Shown: positions 38,724 to 49,191 of the stretch, one piece after another
Position numbering within the stretch: the first letter of the stretch is position 1
Layout of the letters: the number at the start of each line of letters is the position of its first letter
NCBI GenBank assembly: GCA_965218435.1
Contig: CBDCKW010000009.1
Span: forward strand, 3,872,001-3,936,000
Length of the DNA: 64,000 nt
Reading direction: 5' to 3'
Source: Truepera sp.
GTDB lineage: Bacteria > Deinococcota > Deinococci > Deinococcales > Trueperaceae
Position numbers and translations under genes: made by a program
The notes under the pieces: model-generated
Databases searched by the model: none
The model's input: only the letters and a program-made list of their open reading frames with translations
Told to the model about the DNA's origin: nothing

Positions 38724-39818
38724 ATGCTGACGGCGATCGTCTTTCTACTGATCCTGACTGTTTCAGTAGTGATTCATGAACTGGCCCACTACTTTAACGC
38801 TCGCAGCGTCGGGGTACCGGTCCGCGCTTTTAGCGTCGGCATGGGGCCGGTGCTTTTGCGCAAACAGTGGCGCGGTACCGAGTGGCGGTTGTCACTCTTA
38901 CCGCTCGGCGGCTACGTTGACCTGCAGGGTCTGACACCCGAAGAGGCCGAAGACGGCACTATGCGCTACCCGGATACGGGTTTTATGCAGAAAAACTTTT
39001 GGCAAAAAGCGTGGGTGCTCGTCGGCGGCGTGATTGCCAACTTTATCTTGGCGGTGCTGCTGCTCTCCTCGGTTATTACCGCTGATCCCAACTTGCCTGT
39101 TCGCAGCGCGATTACCGGCGAGACGCCGCCGACTTCCGGCGCTGTGTTTGAACGGATCATACCCGGTAGCGCCGCCCAGCGTTTCGGCCTTCAACCCGGC
39201 GATGAAGTCGTACAACTGAACGGCCTCAGAAACCCCAATGTCGCCCAAGTACAAGACGTTATCCGTAACGCCACCAAGCTCAACTTAGTCGTCAAGCGAG
39301 GAGACGAGCAGGTGCGCGTTACTAAGCCGTGGCCCCCCGAAGACGGTAGCGAAGTCCCTCAGTTGGGTGTAGGGATTGCGCCGGTCAGCGTCGGCAGCTT
39401 GCCGCCTGTCGCTTTCGGCACGGCGCTCGTCCAAACGACCTCGTTTTTAGTCCGGGTCGTGCCTGAGTCGGTCGGTGGCTTTGTCCGTGGGTTCGGCGAG
39501 ACCTTTGTCGGTCAGCGGAGTGCGGAGGTCGTAGGGCCGGTCGGCATGGTCGGGCTGGCGGGGCAGGCGACGCAGGGCGGGTGGCTCTCTATCCTGACGT
39601 TTGCGGGCTTGATCAACTTTTCGCTCACTATTTTTAACCTGTTGCCGATTCCCGGTCTCGATGGGGGCCGTATCTTGCTCGCGGCAGTTGCGGCGGTGCG
39701 GGGTAGGCCGTTCAAACCAGGACAAGAGGAGTTTGTCAACTTTTTAGGCATCGCTATCTTGATGCTTTTCGTGGTGCTTGTGAGCTTTGGCGAAGTGGGC
39801 GATTTGCTGCGCCGTTAG
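38724..39818 (+). CDS. rseP: RIP metalloprotease RseP (M50) with PDZ domain
   Basis: HELAH and NLLPIPGLDGG; lies downstream of dxr. Confidence 0.92.
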   Translation: MLTAIVFLLILTVSVVIHELAHYFNARSVGVPVRAFSVGMGPVLLRKQWRGTEWRLSLLPLGGYVDLQGLTPEEAEDGTMRYPDTGFMQKNFWQKAWVLVGGVIANFILAVLLLSSVITADPNLPVRSAITGETPPTSGAVFERIIPGSAAQRFGLQPGDEVVQLNGLRNPNVAQVQDVIRNATKLNLVVKRGDEQVRVTKPWPPEDGSEVPQLGVGIAPVSVGSLPPVAFGTALVQTTSFLVRVVPESVGGFVRGFGETFVGQRSAEVVGPVGMVGLAGQATQGGWLSILTFAGLINFSLTIFNLLPIPGLDGGRILLAAVAAVRGRPFKPGQEEFVNFLGIAILMLFVVLVSFGEVGDLLRR

Positions 39819-39843
39819 GGTACGCTCAGGGTAAACTTGACAG

Positions 39844-40485
39844 ATGCTCACGTGCGCTGTTCTTGTCCCCGCCTATAACGAAGCGGCCCACGTTGCACGC
39901 GTGATCGGGGTAGCACGGGCCGCCGCACTGGGGCCGGTTTGGGTGATTGATGACGGCTCGAGCGACGCTACCATCCAAGCCGCCCAAGCTGCCGGAGCCG
40001 AGGTTTTACAGCTGCCGGACAATCGGGGCAAAGGGGGCGCGGTCTTCGCCGGGGCCGCGCACGTAGATACCGACGTGGTGGTTCTGCTAGACGCTGACCT
40101 CTTGGGTCTGACCCCGAACCATATCCAAAAACTGGCTGAACCGGTGCTCTCAAGCACCGCCACGATGACACGTGGAATGTTCTCCGGCGGGCGCTGGCGC
40201 ACCACGGCGGCGCAGCACCTGACGCCGCAGCTCAACGGGCAGCGGGCCATCCTTCGCAGCAAGCTCTTAGAAGTCGCGGGTCTCGCTGATAGCCGTTACG
40301 GAATTGAGATTGCCATTACCGAACACGCCAAACGTGCGGGCTGGCCGGTGTGCGACGTACCGCTGTACGGCGTCTCACAGGTCATGAAAGAAGAAAAACG
40401 CGGCTTTTGGGTGGGTTTGGGCGTCCGCCTTAAGATGTACCGGGAGATTTTTCGTGAGCTGTTCCGGGGTTGGGCGAGGCGTTAG
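39844..40485 (+). CDS. Glycosyltransferase family 2
   Basis: VPAYNE, IDDGSSD, NRGKG and LLDAD. Confidence 0.9.
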   Translation: MLTCAVLVPAYNEAAHVARVIGVARAAALGPVWVIDDGSSDATIQAAQAAGAEVLQLPDNRGKGGAVFAGAAHVDTDVVVLLDADLLGLTPNHIQKLAEPVLSSTATMTRGMFSGGRWRTTAAQHLTPQLNGQRAILRSKLLEVAGLADSRYGIEIAITEHAKRAGWPVCDVPLYGVSQVMKEEKRGFWVGLGVRLKMYREIFRELFRGWARR

Positions 40486-40559
40486 CCGGTTTTTAGCTGA
40501 CGTGCGCAAGGCACCTCACGGCTGAAAGTTTACTGGTTTCTCGAGGAAGGGGCACACAG

Positions 40560-41426
40560 ATGATTCACCGGTTCCAGGTCGGCAATCGCTGCATGGTCCT
40601 CAGTGACGGGCAGATGCGGCCACCTTGGGAACCGGCGTGGGACGTGTTCTTTGGTGCCGATACCGGCGTTTCTGACGAGGCGTTGGCCCAAGCCGTTGCT
40701 GAGGAAGGACAACACCGCAGCAGCGTCGCCCTCGGCTACAACTGCCTCTACGTTGAGACTGACAACGGCGCGGTGCTGCTAGATACTGGGCTAGGTCAAA
40801 ACTTCTTGGGCTACGGCCCGGAGCTTGGCGCTCAGGTCGGGAACTTGGGTGACACGCTAACCCTTGCCGGGGTCCGCAGGCAGGACGTTGCAACAGTCAT
40901 CCTGACGCACCTGCACCAAGATCATGTCCGCGGAACCATCACCTCGGGCAGGCTGACGTTTCCCAACGCGGAGCATATCGTTACCACCGCCGAGGCGACC
41001 TTTTGGGAAAACATCGGAGAACGTGCGGACCTCGCCGACCACATTGGGGTTGCGGGTGCTGCCCTGGAGATCATTGGGGATCAACTCGAGCGAGTCGAGT
41101 ACGGCACCGAAATCCTTCCCGGCATTCGTACGGTTGCTGCCGCCGGACATACGCCGGGGCACATGGCCGTCATGCTCGGCTCAGAGGGAGAACAACTGCT
41201 CTACCTAGGTGATACTTTTTACGACCCCATCCAGCTGCGCCGACCGGCGTGGTGGACGCGCTACGACCTAGAGCCGCACCAAGCGGTCGCCAGCCGCCGC
41301 GAGTTGGCGGCTTGGGCAGCTGACCAAAACTTGCTCGTCCACGCTTATCATCTGCCGTTTCCGGGTTTGGGGCGGATTAACCGGCTCGGGGGAGCCTTCG
41401 AGTGGCAGGATAGCCGTGGCGCATAA
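40560..41426 (+). CDS. MBL-fold metallo-hydrolase (lactonase/MPH-like)
   Basis: LSDG, DTG, THLHQDH, GHTPGH, GD and HLPFPGLG. Confidence 0.9.
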   Translation: MIHRFQVGNRCMVLSDGQMRPPWEPAWDVFFGADTGVSDEALAQAVAEEGQHRSSVALGYNCLYVETDNGAVLLDTGLGQNFLGYGPELGAQVGNLGDTLTLAGVRRQDVATVILTHLHQDHVRGTITSGRLTFPNAEHIVTTAEATFWENIGERADLADHIGVAGAALEIIGDQLERVEYGTEILPGIRTVAAAGHTPGHMAVMLGSEGEQLLYLGDTFYDPIQLRRPAWWTRYDLEPHQAVASRRELAAWAADQNLLVHAYHLPFPGLGRINRLGGAFEWQDSRGA

Positions 41427-41648
41427 GGTTGAGCGTTTAGCCGAGTGGCGTCCCGCTTTCTCGAGTAACGCTCCCCGGTAACCAGGGTTTTACCGGGATA
41501 CGGACCCGACATAAAGGTTGGCGTGGCGGATAGACCCATTTTTGCAGTGATATAGCCTAGATGAGGCAAGAGCAAGTTTGAATCTCTATGCCTGACGGTG
41601 GCTCTCTAAACTTTACTGTTGCAAATAATGGTCGCGCTTAGCTAATGA

Positions 41649-42578
41649 CTATTTGAGGGCCTCGAGCCGCTCTCTAAGCTGCGCTGTTCGTATTTGGGTA
41701 AGGGTCGTCATGCATCCGTCACGTACCATCGGCTCTGCTTGCCCACCCTCAAAAAACTCCGCAGCTTCAAATAAACACTCCGTTTCCCGAAAGGCGAGCC
41801 AGTGACGCTGCGCTACACCAAGTCGCTCCTTTTGTTTCGGCCGGACTTGCTGGAGGAGTGCGCAGTAAACCGTTTTCATTTTGACGTCAGCCTCATTTTG
41901 CTCTTTAGCTGCACACGTATTGAGGACAAGCTGGTTGGTTGCTCCCGCACAGGGGTCTGAAGCTGACTTACTGCTAAGCTTCCAGGCGGCGTCTCCCTCG
42001 CTCAACCATGCGCTGTTAGTAGTGCGCTCCAGCACAGCCGGGTTGTCACAGTCACGGGGCAGGTCAGCGGGCCAAGTCGCCTCATCACCCAGCGACCACC
42101 ACACCTGAACCTCTTTGAGTCTGCCCCCTAAAACACGGTACTCGCGCCGCGTGACCTCAGCTGCGTTTTCATAAATCCAGGCCAGGATTTGCGGCGGGCC
42201 GTCCGGCTGGGGGCAGACCTGAACACTGTCGTAACCGACAAACATCTCACCGGCGCTCGTAAAGGTGTGGTCGGTACGCGCGAGAAACACCTCGAATGAA
42301 CACTCGGCGTGAACGCCGCAAAAGGCTCCGAACGCATAGTCACGGCTGCCGTCTCCGTCAAAGTCGGCGCTGAGGCGGTAAATGTCTGTCGCACCTTCGC
42401 CGTTGCCCCACCGCTCCGGTGAGACGGCGTAGTGGGGTTGCGCGTAAGTGCCTGTCACTGTGAGCGCCGTTAAAAGGAGCAAAACGAGTTGGTAAAATCT
42501 CGTTGCCGGTTTTGCAGCCGTATGGGGCAAGTTGCGCTTTGGTATCAGACATCGGCAAGCTAAAAAGGACACAATCAA
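41649..42578 (-). CDS. Exported protein with C-terminal LprI/DUF1311 lysozyme-inhibitor domain
   Basis: C....NQ..LN.CA, AQR.WL.FR..EC, C...LT..R...L; N-terminal DFDGDGS.D motif; start uncertain. Confidence 0.75.
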   Translation of the reverse strand: MIVSFLACRCLIPKRNLPHTAAKPATRFYQLVLLLLTALTVTGTYAQPHYAVSPERWGNGEGATDIYRLSADFDGDGSRDYAFGAFCGVHAECSFEVFLARTDHTFTSAGEMFVGYDSVQVCPQPDGPPQILAWIYENAAEVTRREYRVLGGRLKEVQVWWSLGDEATWPADLPRDCDNPAVLERTTNSAWLSEGDAAWKLSSKSASDPCAGATNQLVLNTCAAKEQNEADVKMKTVYCALLQQVRPKQKERLGVAQRHWLAFRETECLFEAAEFFEGGQAEPMVRDGCMTTLTQIRTAQLRERLEALK

Positions 42579-43054
42579 CCAGCCTGTTGCCGTATCAGGT
42601 TCTCTAGCTGAAACGCGTGGCGGATGGGGTGCATGACGGCGTGCTCTAACATCGCGTCAATCCAGTAGGGCATCCCAGGGGTGTAAAGCTCAGGGGGCGG
42701 CTCGAGCCTCTCATCTGAAACTTCGGCCAGGGGCAACCGCCAGCGTGCCAAGACGTGCCTCAGGTACTCATCCGCTTCCGTTTCGATAGTGTCAACTTTC
42801 GGCACCGGTTTAATCTCGGGGTCGGGCAGCCCTAAGTTTTTGCACATCCCAACCATGTAACTTCCAGCTGAGCGCAAAACATGCTGGAGCAACGTTTCTA
42901 AAGAGCGGTAGTGTTTATCGTCTGTTTCGGGAAGGTGAACGTCGGCTGCTTTGGCCTGCTTCCAGATCGCCACGCACTGCCGCAGGTGCTTTTCATGCAG
43001 TAACACCAAGGCTCTTGCGCCTCGAGATTTGTAATCGCTGAGTTCTTCGGGCAT
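42575..43054 (-). CDS. DinB-superfamily protein
   Basis: LLQHV and MLEHAVMHPIRH His-triad pattern; GGAGG RBS. Confidence 0.7.
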   Translation of the reverse strand: MPEELSDYKSRGARALVLLHEKHLRQCVAIWKQAKAADVHLPETDDKHYRSLETLLQHVLRSAGSYMVGMCKNLGLPDPEIKPVPKVDTIETEADEYLRHVLARWRLPLAEVSDERLEPPPELYTPGMPYWIDAMLEHAVMHPIRHAFQLENLIRQQAG

Positions 43055-43147
43055 ATTACCTCCTATCTAAAAGCTCTCGCTTGACGGGCCTGCTGCCCAC
43101 GACTTTCTGTATGTTCTGATAAAGTGCCTTAGAACTCGAGTATAGCG

Positions 43148-43888
43148 ATGTCAACCGACGACCTGCTGACCTATCTTTTTAACGGGCAACCGCACCTACT
43201 CTTTTCGCCGTTGGCGACGTGGCTGGCGTCCTCACGCCGGTTCCGCGAGTTCGTCACCACCTTCCGAGCCAAAATCCGTAAAAAACTGCGCAGCACGCAA
43301 GACAAAGAAAGTTTATACGACCTGCATTTTGAATTAGGGACGGCCTATCTGCTCGTTCGGGAACGAGCTTTGAGTTTGGTCTACGAACCGCAGTGCGGCG
43401 GGGAACGGTGTCCTGACTTCTCGGTAACTACGACCAGCTTGACCTTGATGCTCGAGGTCACCAGGCAGCGGCCAAGCTCAGATATCGCATCAACGCTGAC
43501 CCAAAAGCACCTGCCGCCGCATGTGGCTGAACGCCTCACCCAAACGGTTTGTGGCAAACTCGGCCAACTATCAAAGCTGCACAGCAACGTCCTCGTCGTC
43601 GGCCTCGACGCTGGTCTTGACGCTATGTGTTCCGCTCACGACCTCAGCGCCCTGATGCTCAGGCTCAAGCAGCGCGTGGAGCGTGGCGGTCCGAGCTTGG
43701 TGCAGCGGTATGGGTTTCGGGACCGGGCCGACTTCTTCGGGCATTACGGGCGGCTAAGTGAAGTTCTTGTGCGTAGACCGCACGTTGACACCGGAGAGAT
43801 TATTGAATGGCTCAATCCAGAGGCAAAACGTCCTTTACCTGCCAAGGTGCGGACAGTGCTGCTTCGCAGCCACACATCACAGCACTAG
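43148..43888 (+). CDS. Hypothetical protein with a PD-(D/E)XK-like core
   Basis: 246-aa ORF; CPDF...LMLEVTR. Confidence 0.6.
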   Translation: MSTDDLLTYLFNGQPHLLFSPLATWLASSRRFREFVTTFRAKIRKKLRSTQDKESLYDLHFELGTAYLLVRERALSLVYEPQCGGERCPDFSVTTTSLTLMLEVTRQRPSSDIASTLTQKHLPPHVAERLTQTVCGKLGQLSKLHSNVLVVGLDAGLDAMCSAHDLSALMLRLKQRVERGGPSLVQRYGFRDRADFFGHYGRLSEVLVRRPHVDTGEIIEWLNPEAKRPLPAKVRTVLLRSHTSQH

Positions 43889-43921
43889 CGTGAACCGTTT
43901 AGAAGCTGAAAGCCTGCAGGC

Positions 43922-45037
43922 TCACAGCTCGAGCATGTCCGGCCTCATCTTGCCGCCGACCTCCACGCTCGGCCAGTCGGGGTCATGGGTTAAGACCTCG
44001 AGCGTGTCGCCTTGTAAAAACATTGTATCTTCAACCTTGAGCCCGGTGACTGACGGGTTCCAGGCGTAGGCGCTGCCCTCGACTAACATCTTGTCGCCGC
44101 CCGCTTGTAAAATCCAGTCGCGCGTCTCGTAGCCGCACGCGCCGCCCTGATGGTGCTTGGCCCACGCGTCTGTAAAGCCTTCACGCTCATACGCGCGCTG
44201 CATCTCTAAAAAGAGTTCGCGGGTCAAGACGCCGTGTTGGGTGTATTCAAATAGGGTGCGCTCGACCTCCAAAAGACCCATGTAGGCGGCCCTAGCGTCA
44301 TCAGTCAGTGCCTTCGCTGAAACAAGGCGCGTCAGATTGGCGTACAGCCCGCCACGCCGCGCACAGGTCACGACCATCACCCGGTCGTGAAACATATTCT
44401 CTGTGGGCTGTGGGTGTTTGTAGCGTTGCAGCCGCTCGTCAGCAGCGACTAAAATCAGTGCGGGCTGCATCCCCCGCTCACGCAGCGCGTAGGCGGTGCG
44501 GGCGGCAATCTCGTGTTCGCTCAGGCCCGGTGTCAGGGTCTTGAGGGTTTCAGTCAACGCTTGTGCGGCGTCTCGGCCCAGAGCGCGGTAACGCGCCACT
44601 TCGCTCTCCGTGAGCGGCACGCGGAGTGGCCAGAAATCTCTGAGAGTAACTTCGGCAACGCCTGTAAGCGCCGGAGTGTCAGCGATGACCTTGCCCGCGT
44701 CCAAAAGCTCTTTTAACAGCAACGTTTTGGCGTCGGGCTCAAACCACGGATAGTAAAGCGTGTCCACGCCGGGGGGAAAGGCTTCGCGCTCGAGCCTGTC
44801 CCGTTCAACTTCTGAGAGCAGCACCACGATCTGTTTTTGGGTAACGACCGCCTCGGCGACGGGCGCATCGACAAATGAGACGAGCGCGTCGCCGCCGCAC
44901 AAGAGCCACGCCAGGTTACCTAATTTGCCCAGATGCACCGCTGAGGCGTTGTTCGCCGCCATCATCTTGCGCAGGCGTATAAGTTTGGTCCCTAATTCAG
45001 CCTTTACACCTTCAGCGTTGTTATCCAGATCAGACAT
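43922..45037 (-). CDS. M24 family (Xaa-Pro-like) peptidase
   Basis: LYANLTR, HHQGG..GY..R and AWNPS..G.KVEDT. Confidence 0.85.
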   Translation of the reverse strand: MSDLDNNAEGVKAELGTKLIRLRKMMAANNASAVHLGKLGNLAWLLCGGDALVSFVDAPVAEAVVTQKQIVVLLSEVERDRLEREAFPPGVDTLYYPWFEPDAKTLLLKELLDAGKVIADTPALTGVAEVTLRDFWPLRVPLTESEVARYRALGRDAAQALTETLKTLTPGLSEHEIAARTAYALRERGMQPALILVAADERLQRYKHPQPTENMFHDRVMVVTCARRGGLYANLTRLVSAKALTDDARAAYMGLLEVERTLFEYTQHGVLTRELFLEMQRAYEREGFTDAWAKHHQGGACGYETRDWILQAGGDKMLVEGSAYAWNPSVTGLKVEDTMFLQGDTLEVLTHDPDWPSVEVGGKMRPDMLEL

Positions 45038-45038
45038 C

Positions 45039-45773
45039 TTAAACCTCGGTTTCTGCGGTCTCTTTGAGCTGAGTTTCGGTCATCATATCGCCGTCGTCAT
45101 CTAACGGTGGAAAAGATTGACCCAACTCCCTTAACTGCGCGGCTTGGTGTGGATGTAGATATTCAAATACCCGGCGCTGCCGTTCGGTTTCGCTCAGCTG
45201 AGGCGTGTCGTAAAGGCCAGCCCCCAACCTCTGCCTTTGCGCTTCAAACAAAATGACTGCCGCTGCCACCGACACATTTAAGGACTGCACCATTCCCAAC
45301 ATCGGGATGACGATGTGCGCGTGGGCCAGCTCTGCCGCCTCATCCGAGACGCCGTGTTTTTCGTTGCCCAGTAAGATACAGGTCGGTTTGGTGTAGTCCA
45401 CCGCGCGGTAATCTTGCGCCTGGTCTGAGAAATGCGCCGCCAAAAGCTGCACCTCACCGAGCGCAGCTTTCGCCTCCGCGAGCGACGTATGAACCCGAAG
45501 CTCAACCCATTTGTCGGCACTTGCGCTCGTCTCGTTATAGGTCGGGACGCCGCCGGTCGGGTTGACCGCGTGAACCGTGCCGATACCCACCGCGTCACAA
45601 CTTCTTAAAATAGCCGACAAGTTGTGCGGTTTATGCACGTTTTCGGCTAGCACGCTCAGGTTGCTCTGGCGCTTCTCTAACATCGTCCAAATCTTTTGAT
45701 AGCGTCTTTTCGTCACGCGCTCCAGCATACGCCGCGCCGTGTCTAGAATCTTGCTGCCGCTCGTGCTTGACAC
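45039..45773 (-). CDS. trmH: tRNA (guanosine-18-2'-O)-methyltransferase
   Basis: ENVHKPHNLSAILRSCDAVG, GNEKHG and IPMLGMVQSLNVSVA. Confidence 0.93.
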   Translation of the reverse strand: MSSTSGSKILDTARRMLERVTKRRYQKIWTMLEKRQSNLSVLAENVHKPHNLSAILRSCDAVGIGTVHAVNPTGGVPTYNETSASADKWVELRVHTSLAEAKAALGEVQLLAAHFSDQAQDYRAVDYTKPTCILLGNEKHGVSDEAAELAHAHIVIPMLGMVQSLNVSVAAAVILFEAQRQRLGAGLYDTPQLSETERQRRVFEYLHPHQAAQLRELGQSFPPLDDDGDMMTETQLKETAETEV

Positions 45774-45809
45774 GCGCTAAAGCCGCCCGGTATCATCAGC
45801 GTTGCACTT

Positions 45810-45897
45810 GCCGAGGTGGCGGAATAGGTAGACGCGCCAGCTTGAGGGGCTGGTCTCCGTTACGGAGGTAGGGGTTCAAGTCCCCTCCTCGGCACCA
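45810..45897 (+). tRNA. tRNA-Leu(GAG)
   Basis: GCCGAGGTGGCGGAATAGGTAGACGCG CCAGCTTGAGGGGCTGG, long variable arm, GGTTCAAG...CCA. Confidence 0.97.
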
Positions 45898-45911
45898 CTA
45901 AGAAATGTTTG

Positions 45912-45941
45912 AGCTGACCTTCGGGCCAGCTTTCTTTTTTT
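45912..45941 (+). terminator. Intrinsic terminator after tRNA-Leu
   Basis: AGCTGACC-TTCG-GGCCAGCT followed by a T tract. Confidence 0.75.
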
Positions 45942-46055
45942 AGCACGGTTTCCGTAAAACGTTGCTTCTTAGACTTGCTTTTATGGCCGATCTCGTTGCG
46001 GCAAAACTTTGAGTCTTGCCTCGAGCCCTCCCGTAAAAGTCTCGAGGCCCTAACT

Positions 46056-47369
46056 TTACGCGTATATATCGTCCCGTGACGGCGGTATCTCCACCCTGCC
46101 CATCGCGTCGGGTTTGGCAAGCAGCGCCTGGTGCAGCGCCACGTGGCCGTAAGCAAACTGCAAGGCGGCGGCGCTCAGGTGAAAACGCCGGAGGCGGGCG
46201 AGTTCGGTGCCGACTTCAGCGACCATCGCGTCCCAGTTGGTGTCCAGGTTTTGTGCCCAGAACCGCAACGTTTTGGCGTAATGCTCGCGCAAATCTTCAA
46301 CGTCGCGGACTTCAAAGCCGGTCTCTTCGGCGGTTTTTAGCGTCTGCCAGATAGGGATGATCTCGCCGTCGGGGAAAATGTAGCGTTCAGAGAGTTCACC
46401 GGAAATGACCGTCGTCGGGATGTCTTGCGCCCTCGAGCCCTGCGAAATTGCGTGGTTCATCATCAGGCCGCCCGGTTTCAGGTGGTCAAAGGCCGTTTTG
46501 AAATATTCCGGAAGCTGGTCGCCGCCGACATGCTCGGACATGCCGACGCTGACAATCTTGTCGAAGTCGCCCTCAATGTCGCGGTAGTGACGCAGCTCGA
46601 GCCCAATCTTGTCACTCAGCCCCGCTTGTTCGACGCGGTTTCGTCCTTCGTTAAGTTGCTTTTGTGAGAGCGTCACCCCAACGACCTCTACGCCGTAGTT
46701 TTGCGCGGCGTAGATCGCCAACCCGCCCCAACCACAGCCGATGTCGAGCAACCGTTCCCCGGGTGTTAAGCGGAGTTTGCGGCAGATCAGCTCGAGCTTA
46801 GCGGTTTGCGCGTCGGCTAGGGTCTCGTCCCCGTGCGGAAAGTAGGCGCACGAATAGACGAGCCGAGGGTCTAAGAGCAGTTCGTAAAAGCGGTTCGAGA
46901 TGTCGTAGTGGTGCTGTACAGCCTGCTGATCTCGTTCTTTGCTGTGTTTGCGCCCGCGCAGTACCGTCCCGAGTGGCAGCGAACTGAGACCCGCGTGACG
47001 GCGCAAGCTCGCCGCGCCCTGCGCCAGCTGTGCCCAATCTAAGGGCGAAAGCCTGAGGCCAAAGGTTTCAATCACCTCGAAGACGGCCTCGTGGTCGCCT
47101 TCAATATCTATATCGCCGCGAATGTACGCTTCCCCGGCGGCGAGGTCTAAGGGGGGCTCGAGCACGCGTCCCAACGTGTCGCTGCCCTGAATGACCAGTG
47201 TGGCTTTGGGCGGCTCGGTACTGCTCGGCAACACCGTCCCGTCCCAGAGGCGCACTGCGAAGGGGCGCTCTTCCGGGAGCAGCTTTCCGAGTAGACTCAG
47301 CGTGACAGCCTTGACATCAGCTTCTTTAGCGGCTTCTTTGGTCTCTTTGTCTCGAGTTTTGCCCCACAT
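46056..47369 (-). CDS. cfa: Cyclopropane-fatty-acyl-phospholipid synthase family SAM methyltransferase
   Basis: HHYDISN.FY, YSCAYF, LLDIGCGWG, VSVGMSEHVG and YIFPDG. Confidence 0.92.
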   Translation of the reverse strand: MWGKTRDKETKEAAKEADVKAVTLSLLGKLLPEERPFAVRLWDGTVLPSSTEPPKATLVIQGSDTLGRVLEPPLDLAAGEAYIRGDIDIEGDHEAVFEVIETFGLRLSPLDWAQLAQGAASLRRHAGLSSLPLGTVLRGRKHSKERDQQAVQHHYDISNRFYELLLDPRLVYSCAYFPHGDETLADAQTAKLELICRKLRLTPGERLLDIGCGWGGLAIYAAQNYGVEVVGVTLSQKQLNEGRNRVEQAGLSDKIGLELRHYRDIEGDFDKIVSVGMSEHVGGDQLPEYFKTAFDHLKPGGLMMNHAISQGSRAQDIPTTVISGELSERYIFPDGEIIPIWQTLKTAEETGFEVRDVEDLREHYAKTLRFWAQNLDTNWDAMVAEVGTELARLRRFHLSAAALQFAYGHVALHQALLAKPDAMGRVEIPPSRDDIYA

Positions 47370-47456
47370 GATTTTACCCCCTCAGAGCGGCCTTACTGCT
47401 GCGATGGTTGCATAAAAATAACGACCGGAAATGTCGCGTCAATACGGTGTCGTGCG

Positions 47457-48365
47457 CTACACCCCGGCAGCGAGCATCTCCACGTCTTGGCGCAACGTCA
47501 GCAGCGCCACGTCTTTAAGTTTAGCCTCGAGCATCAGATCATACGGTTTATCGCCGCCGAAGCCGCCCAAAAATTGTTCGACTTGCCTAAAGTCTACCGG
47601 TTCAATCAGGTCGGCGTGCGCGGTGCCGAGCCCCCGCGCCGATGAGAGGTGAAACTTCGGGACGCGTTCGCCCCAGGTCTTCACAACGTGCGGCAAGAAC
47701 GCCTCTAAACCGGTCTCCCACGTTTCAACGGTCGGGTTGAGTTTGTGATGCCAGAAGTCGAAAATCATCGGGATACCAAGCTGCTGGCAAAGCCCTAAAA
47801 CCTCGCCCGCCGTAAAAATGCGGTCGTCATTTTCCAAAGTCAACCGGTTTTGCGCCTTAGGGGAGAGCTGCGTAAAGTTTACGGCGAAGCGTGTGAGCGC
47901 CGCCGCCTTGTCGCCGTAAGCGCCGCCGACGTGCAGCGTCATGGTGCCCTGAGTAGGGTCTACGGCTTCTAAAAAACTGGCGTGATACTCGAGCTCCCTA
48001 ACGGCTTTTTGCACCACTTCAGGCTGAGGAGAGTTCAGTACCGTGTACTGGCCGGGATGCATCGAAAGCCGCAGGTTGTGCTCAGCGACAAAATCACGAA
48101 TTCCGGCAAGTTCAGCGGCAAACTCGGTGCGCCAGTCAAGCGTAAACGCTTCGTGCGAGGCGAGCGGAATCACTGACGAGGCGATACGGAAAAAATGGAT
48201 ACCCTGCGCCAAGTTCCACCGTAAGACGTTTAGCAGCGTCGTCAGATTTTCAGCGATGACTTCAGCGGCCCTGGCCTCGGTCAAATTGGCGAGCCGGAGG
48301 GTGCGGCCTGTGGTGCAAGAGAGCGTAACGTTGGTGCAGGCGTAGCCCAGGTGTCTCAGTTTCAT
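47457..48365 (-). CDS. uvsE: UV damage endonuclease
   Basis: LGYAC, RLSMHPGQY..LNSP, HVGG.YG, LENDD, FDFWHH and MLEAK.KD. Confidence 0.93.
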   Translation of the reverse strand: MKLRHLGYACTNVTLSCTTGRTLRLANLTEARAAEVIAENLTTLLNVLRWNLAQGIHFFRIASSVIPLASHEAFTLDWRTEFAAELAGIRDFVAEHNLRLSMHPGQYTVLNSPQPEVVQKAVRELEYHASFLEAVDPTQGTMTLHVGGAYGDKAAALTRFAVNFTQLSPKAQNRLTLENDDRIFTAGEVLGLCQQLGIPMIFDFWHHKLNPTVETWETGLEAFLPHVVKTWGERVPKFHLSSARGLGTAHADLIEPVDFRQVEQFLGGFGGDKPYDLMLEAKLKDVALLTLRQDVEMLAAGV

Positions 48366-48552
48366 AGGTACCTCAGTTTCATACTGCGTTTTACCGTGAG
48401 CGGAGTAGGGATGCGCGGGGCCTCGCCACAAACCTGAACGCTGATGCCTGAACGCTAAAAATGTCTGTCAAGAACTGCAAATAGCGCCTTGACACCTTGT
48501 TGGCCGCTACTCCCAGCTTTAAGGTGTAAGTCTATTAGAGAGGATTTATACC

Positions 48553-49119
48553 ATGAGCCGAGCAGACACGGACGACCGCCAGCCACCGAGCCAAGTCAGC
48601 GACGAGGCCGACGAAAATCAGCTCGAGATGGCCCACGCCGAAGGCGACGCCTATCAAAAGTCGCTCGAGTATATGGTCAACGACGTGGCCGATACCGGCG
48701 GTACACAGCGGGCGGGCGACTATCTCGTCGGGTTCGCGCAGGAGCGGGCTGAAGGGATGTACGAGCTTCAGGGTGAAGGGCAGCTCGAGTGGGTTCCTGC
48801 CGGGGACGAAAATTGTCACCTCGAGGTTTCCGTAGCTGACGGGGCTGACGGCCGCTTCATTCCCTACCTCAAGATTTCCGCGACGCTGACGCCTGAGACT
48901 GGCGAGACGGTCGGGCCGACTGAAATCCCCTTTTTGTGGCATCCGGGCGTGTACCACTACGGCAAAAACCTCAAAGTTCCCGGCGACGGACGTTACACGT
49001 TGCAGCTGCGGATCGACCCGCCGACGTTTATGCGGCACGACAAGGTGAACGGTCAGCGTTACGCCGAAACCGTCCAAGTCACCTTTGAAGATGTTGAGGT
49101 TAAAACGGGTAAAGAGTAA
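48553..49119 (+). CDS. P19/Tpd-like iron-transport domain protein (acidic, no signal peptide)
   Basis: E.AEGMY, CHLEV, FIPYL and YHYG.N motifs. Confidence 0.75.
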   Translation: MSRADTDDRQPPSQVSDEADENQLEMAHAEGDAYQKSLEYMVNDVADTGGTQRAGDYLVGFAQERAEGMYELQGEGQLEWVPAGDENCHLEVSVADGADGRFIPYLKISATLTPETGETVGPTEIPFLWHPGVYHYGKNLKVPGDGRYTLQLRIDPPTFMRHDKVNGQRYAETVQVTFEDVEVKTGKE

Positions 49120-49191
49120 ACGGGAAAACGTAAACGGGCGCTTAAGGACGGCGTAGGCGTTTTATCACGGCCGAAGTGATAGGCTCGAGGG

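Noticed and set aside
41533..41633. Degenerate IR GACCCATTTTTGCA / TGCAAATAATGGTC
   Set aside because: Only an 11-of-14 match, with no target duplication or second copy evident.
45860..46156. 98-aa minus-strand ORF
   Set aside because: It overlaps tRNA-Leu, its terminator and the 3' end of cfa; spurious.
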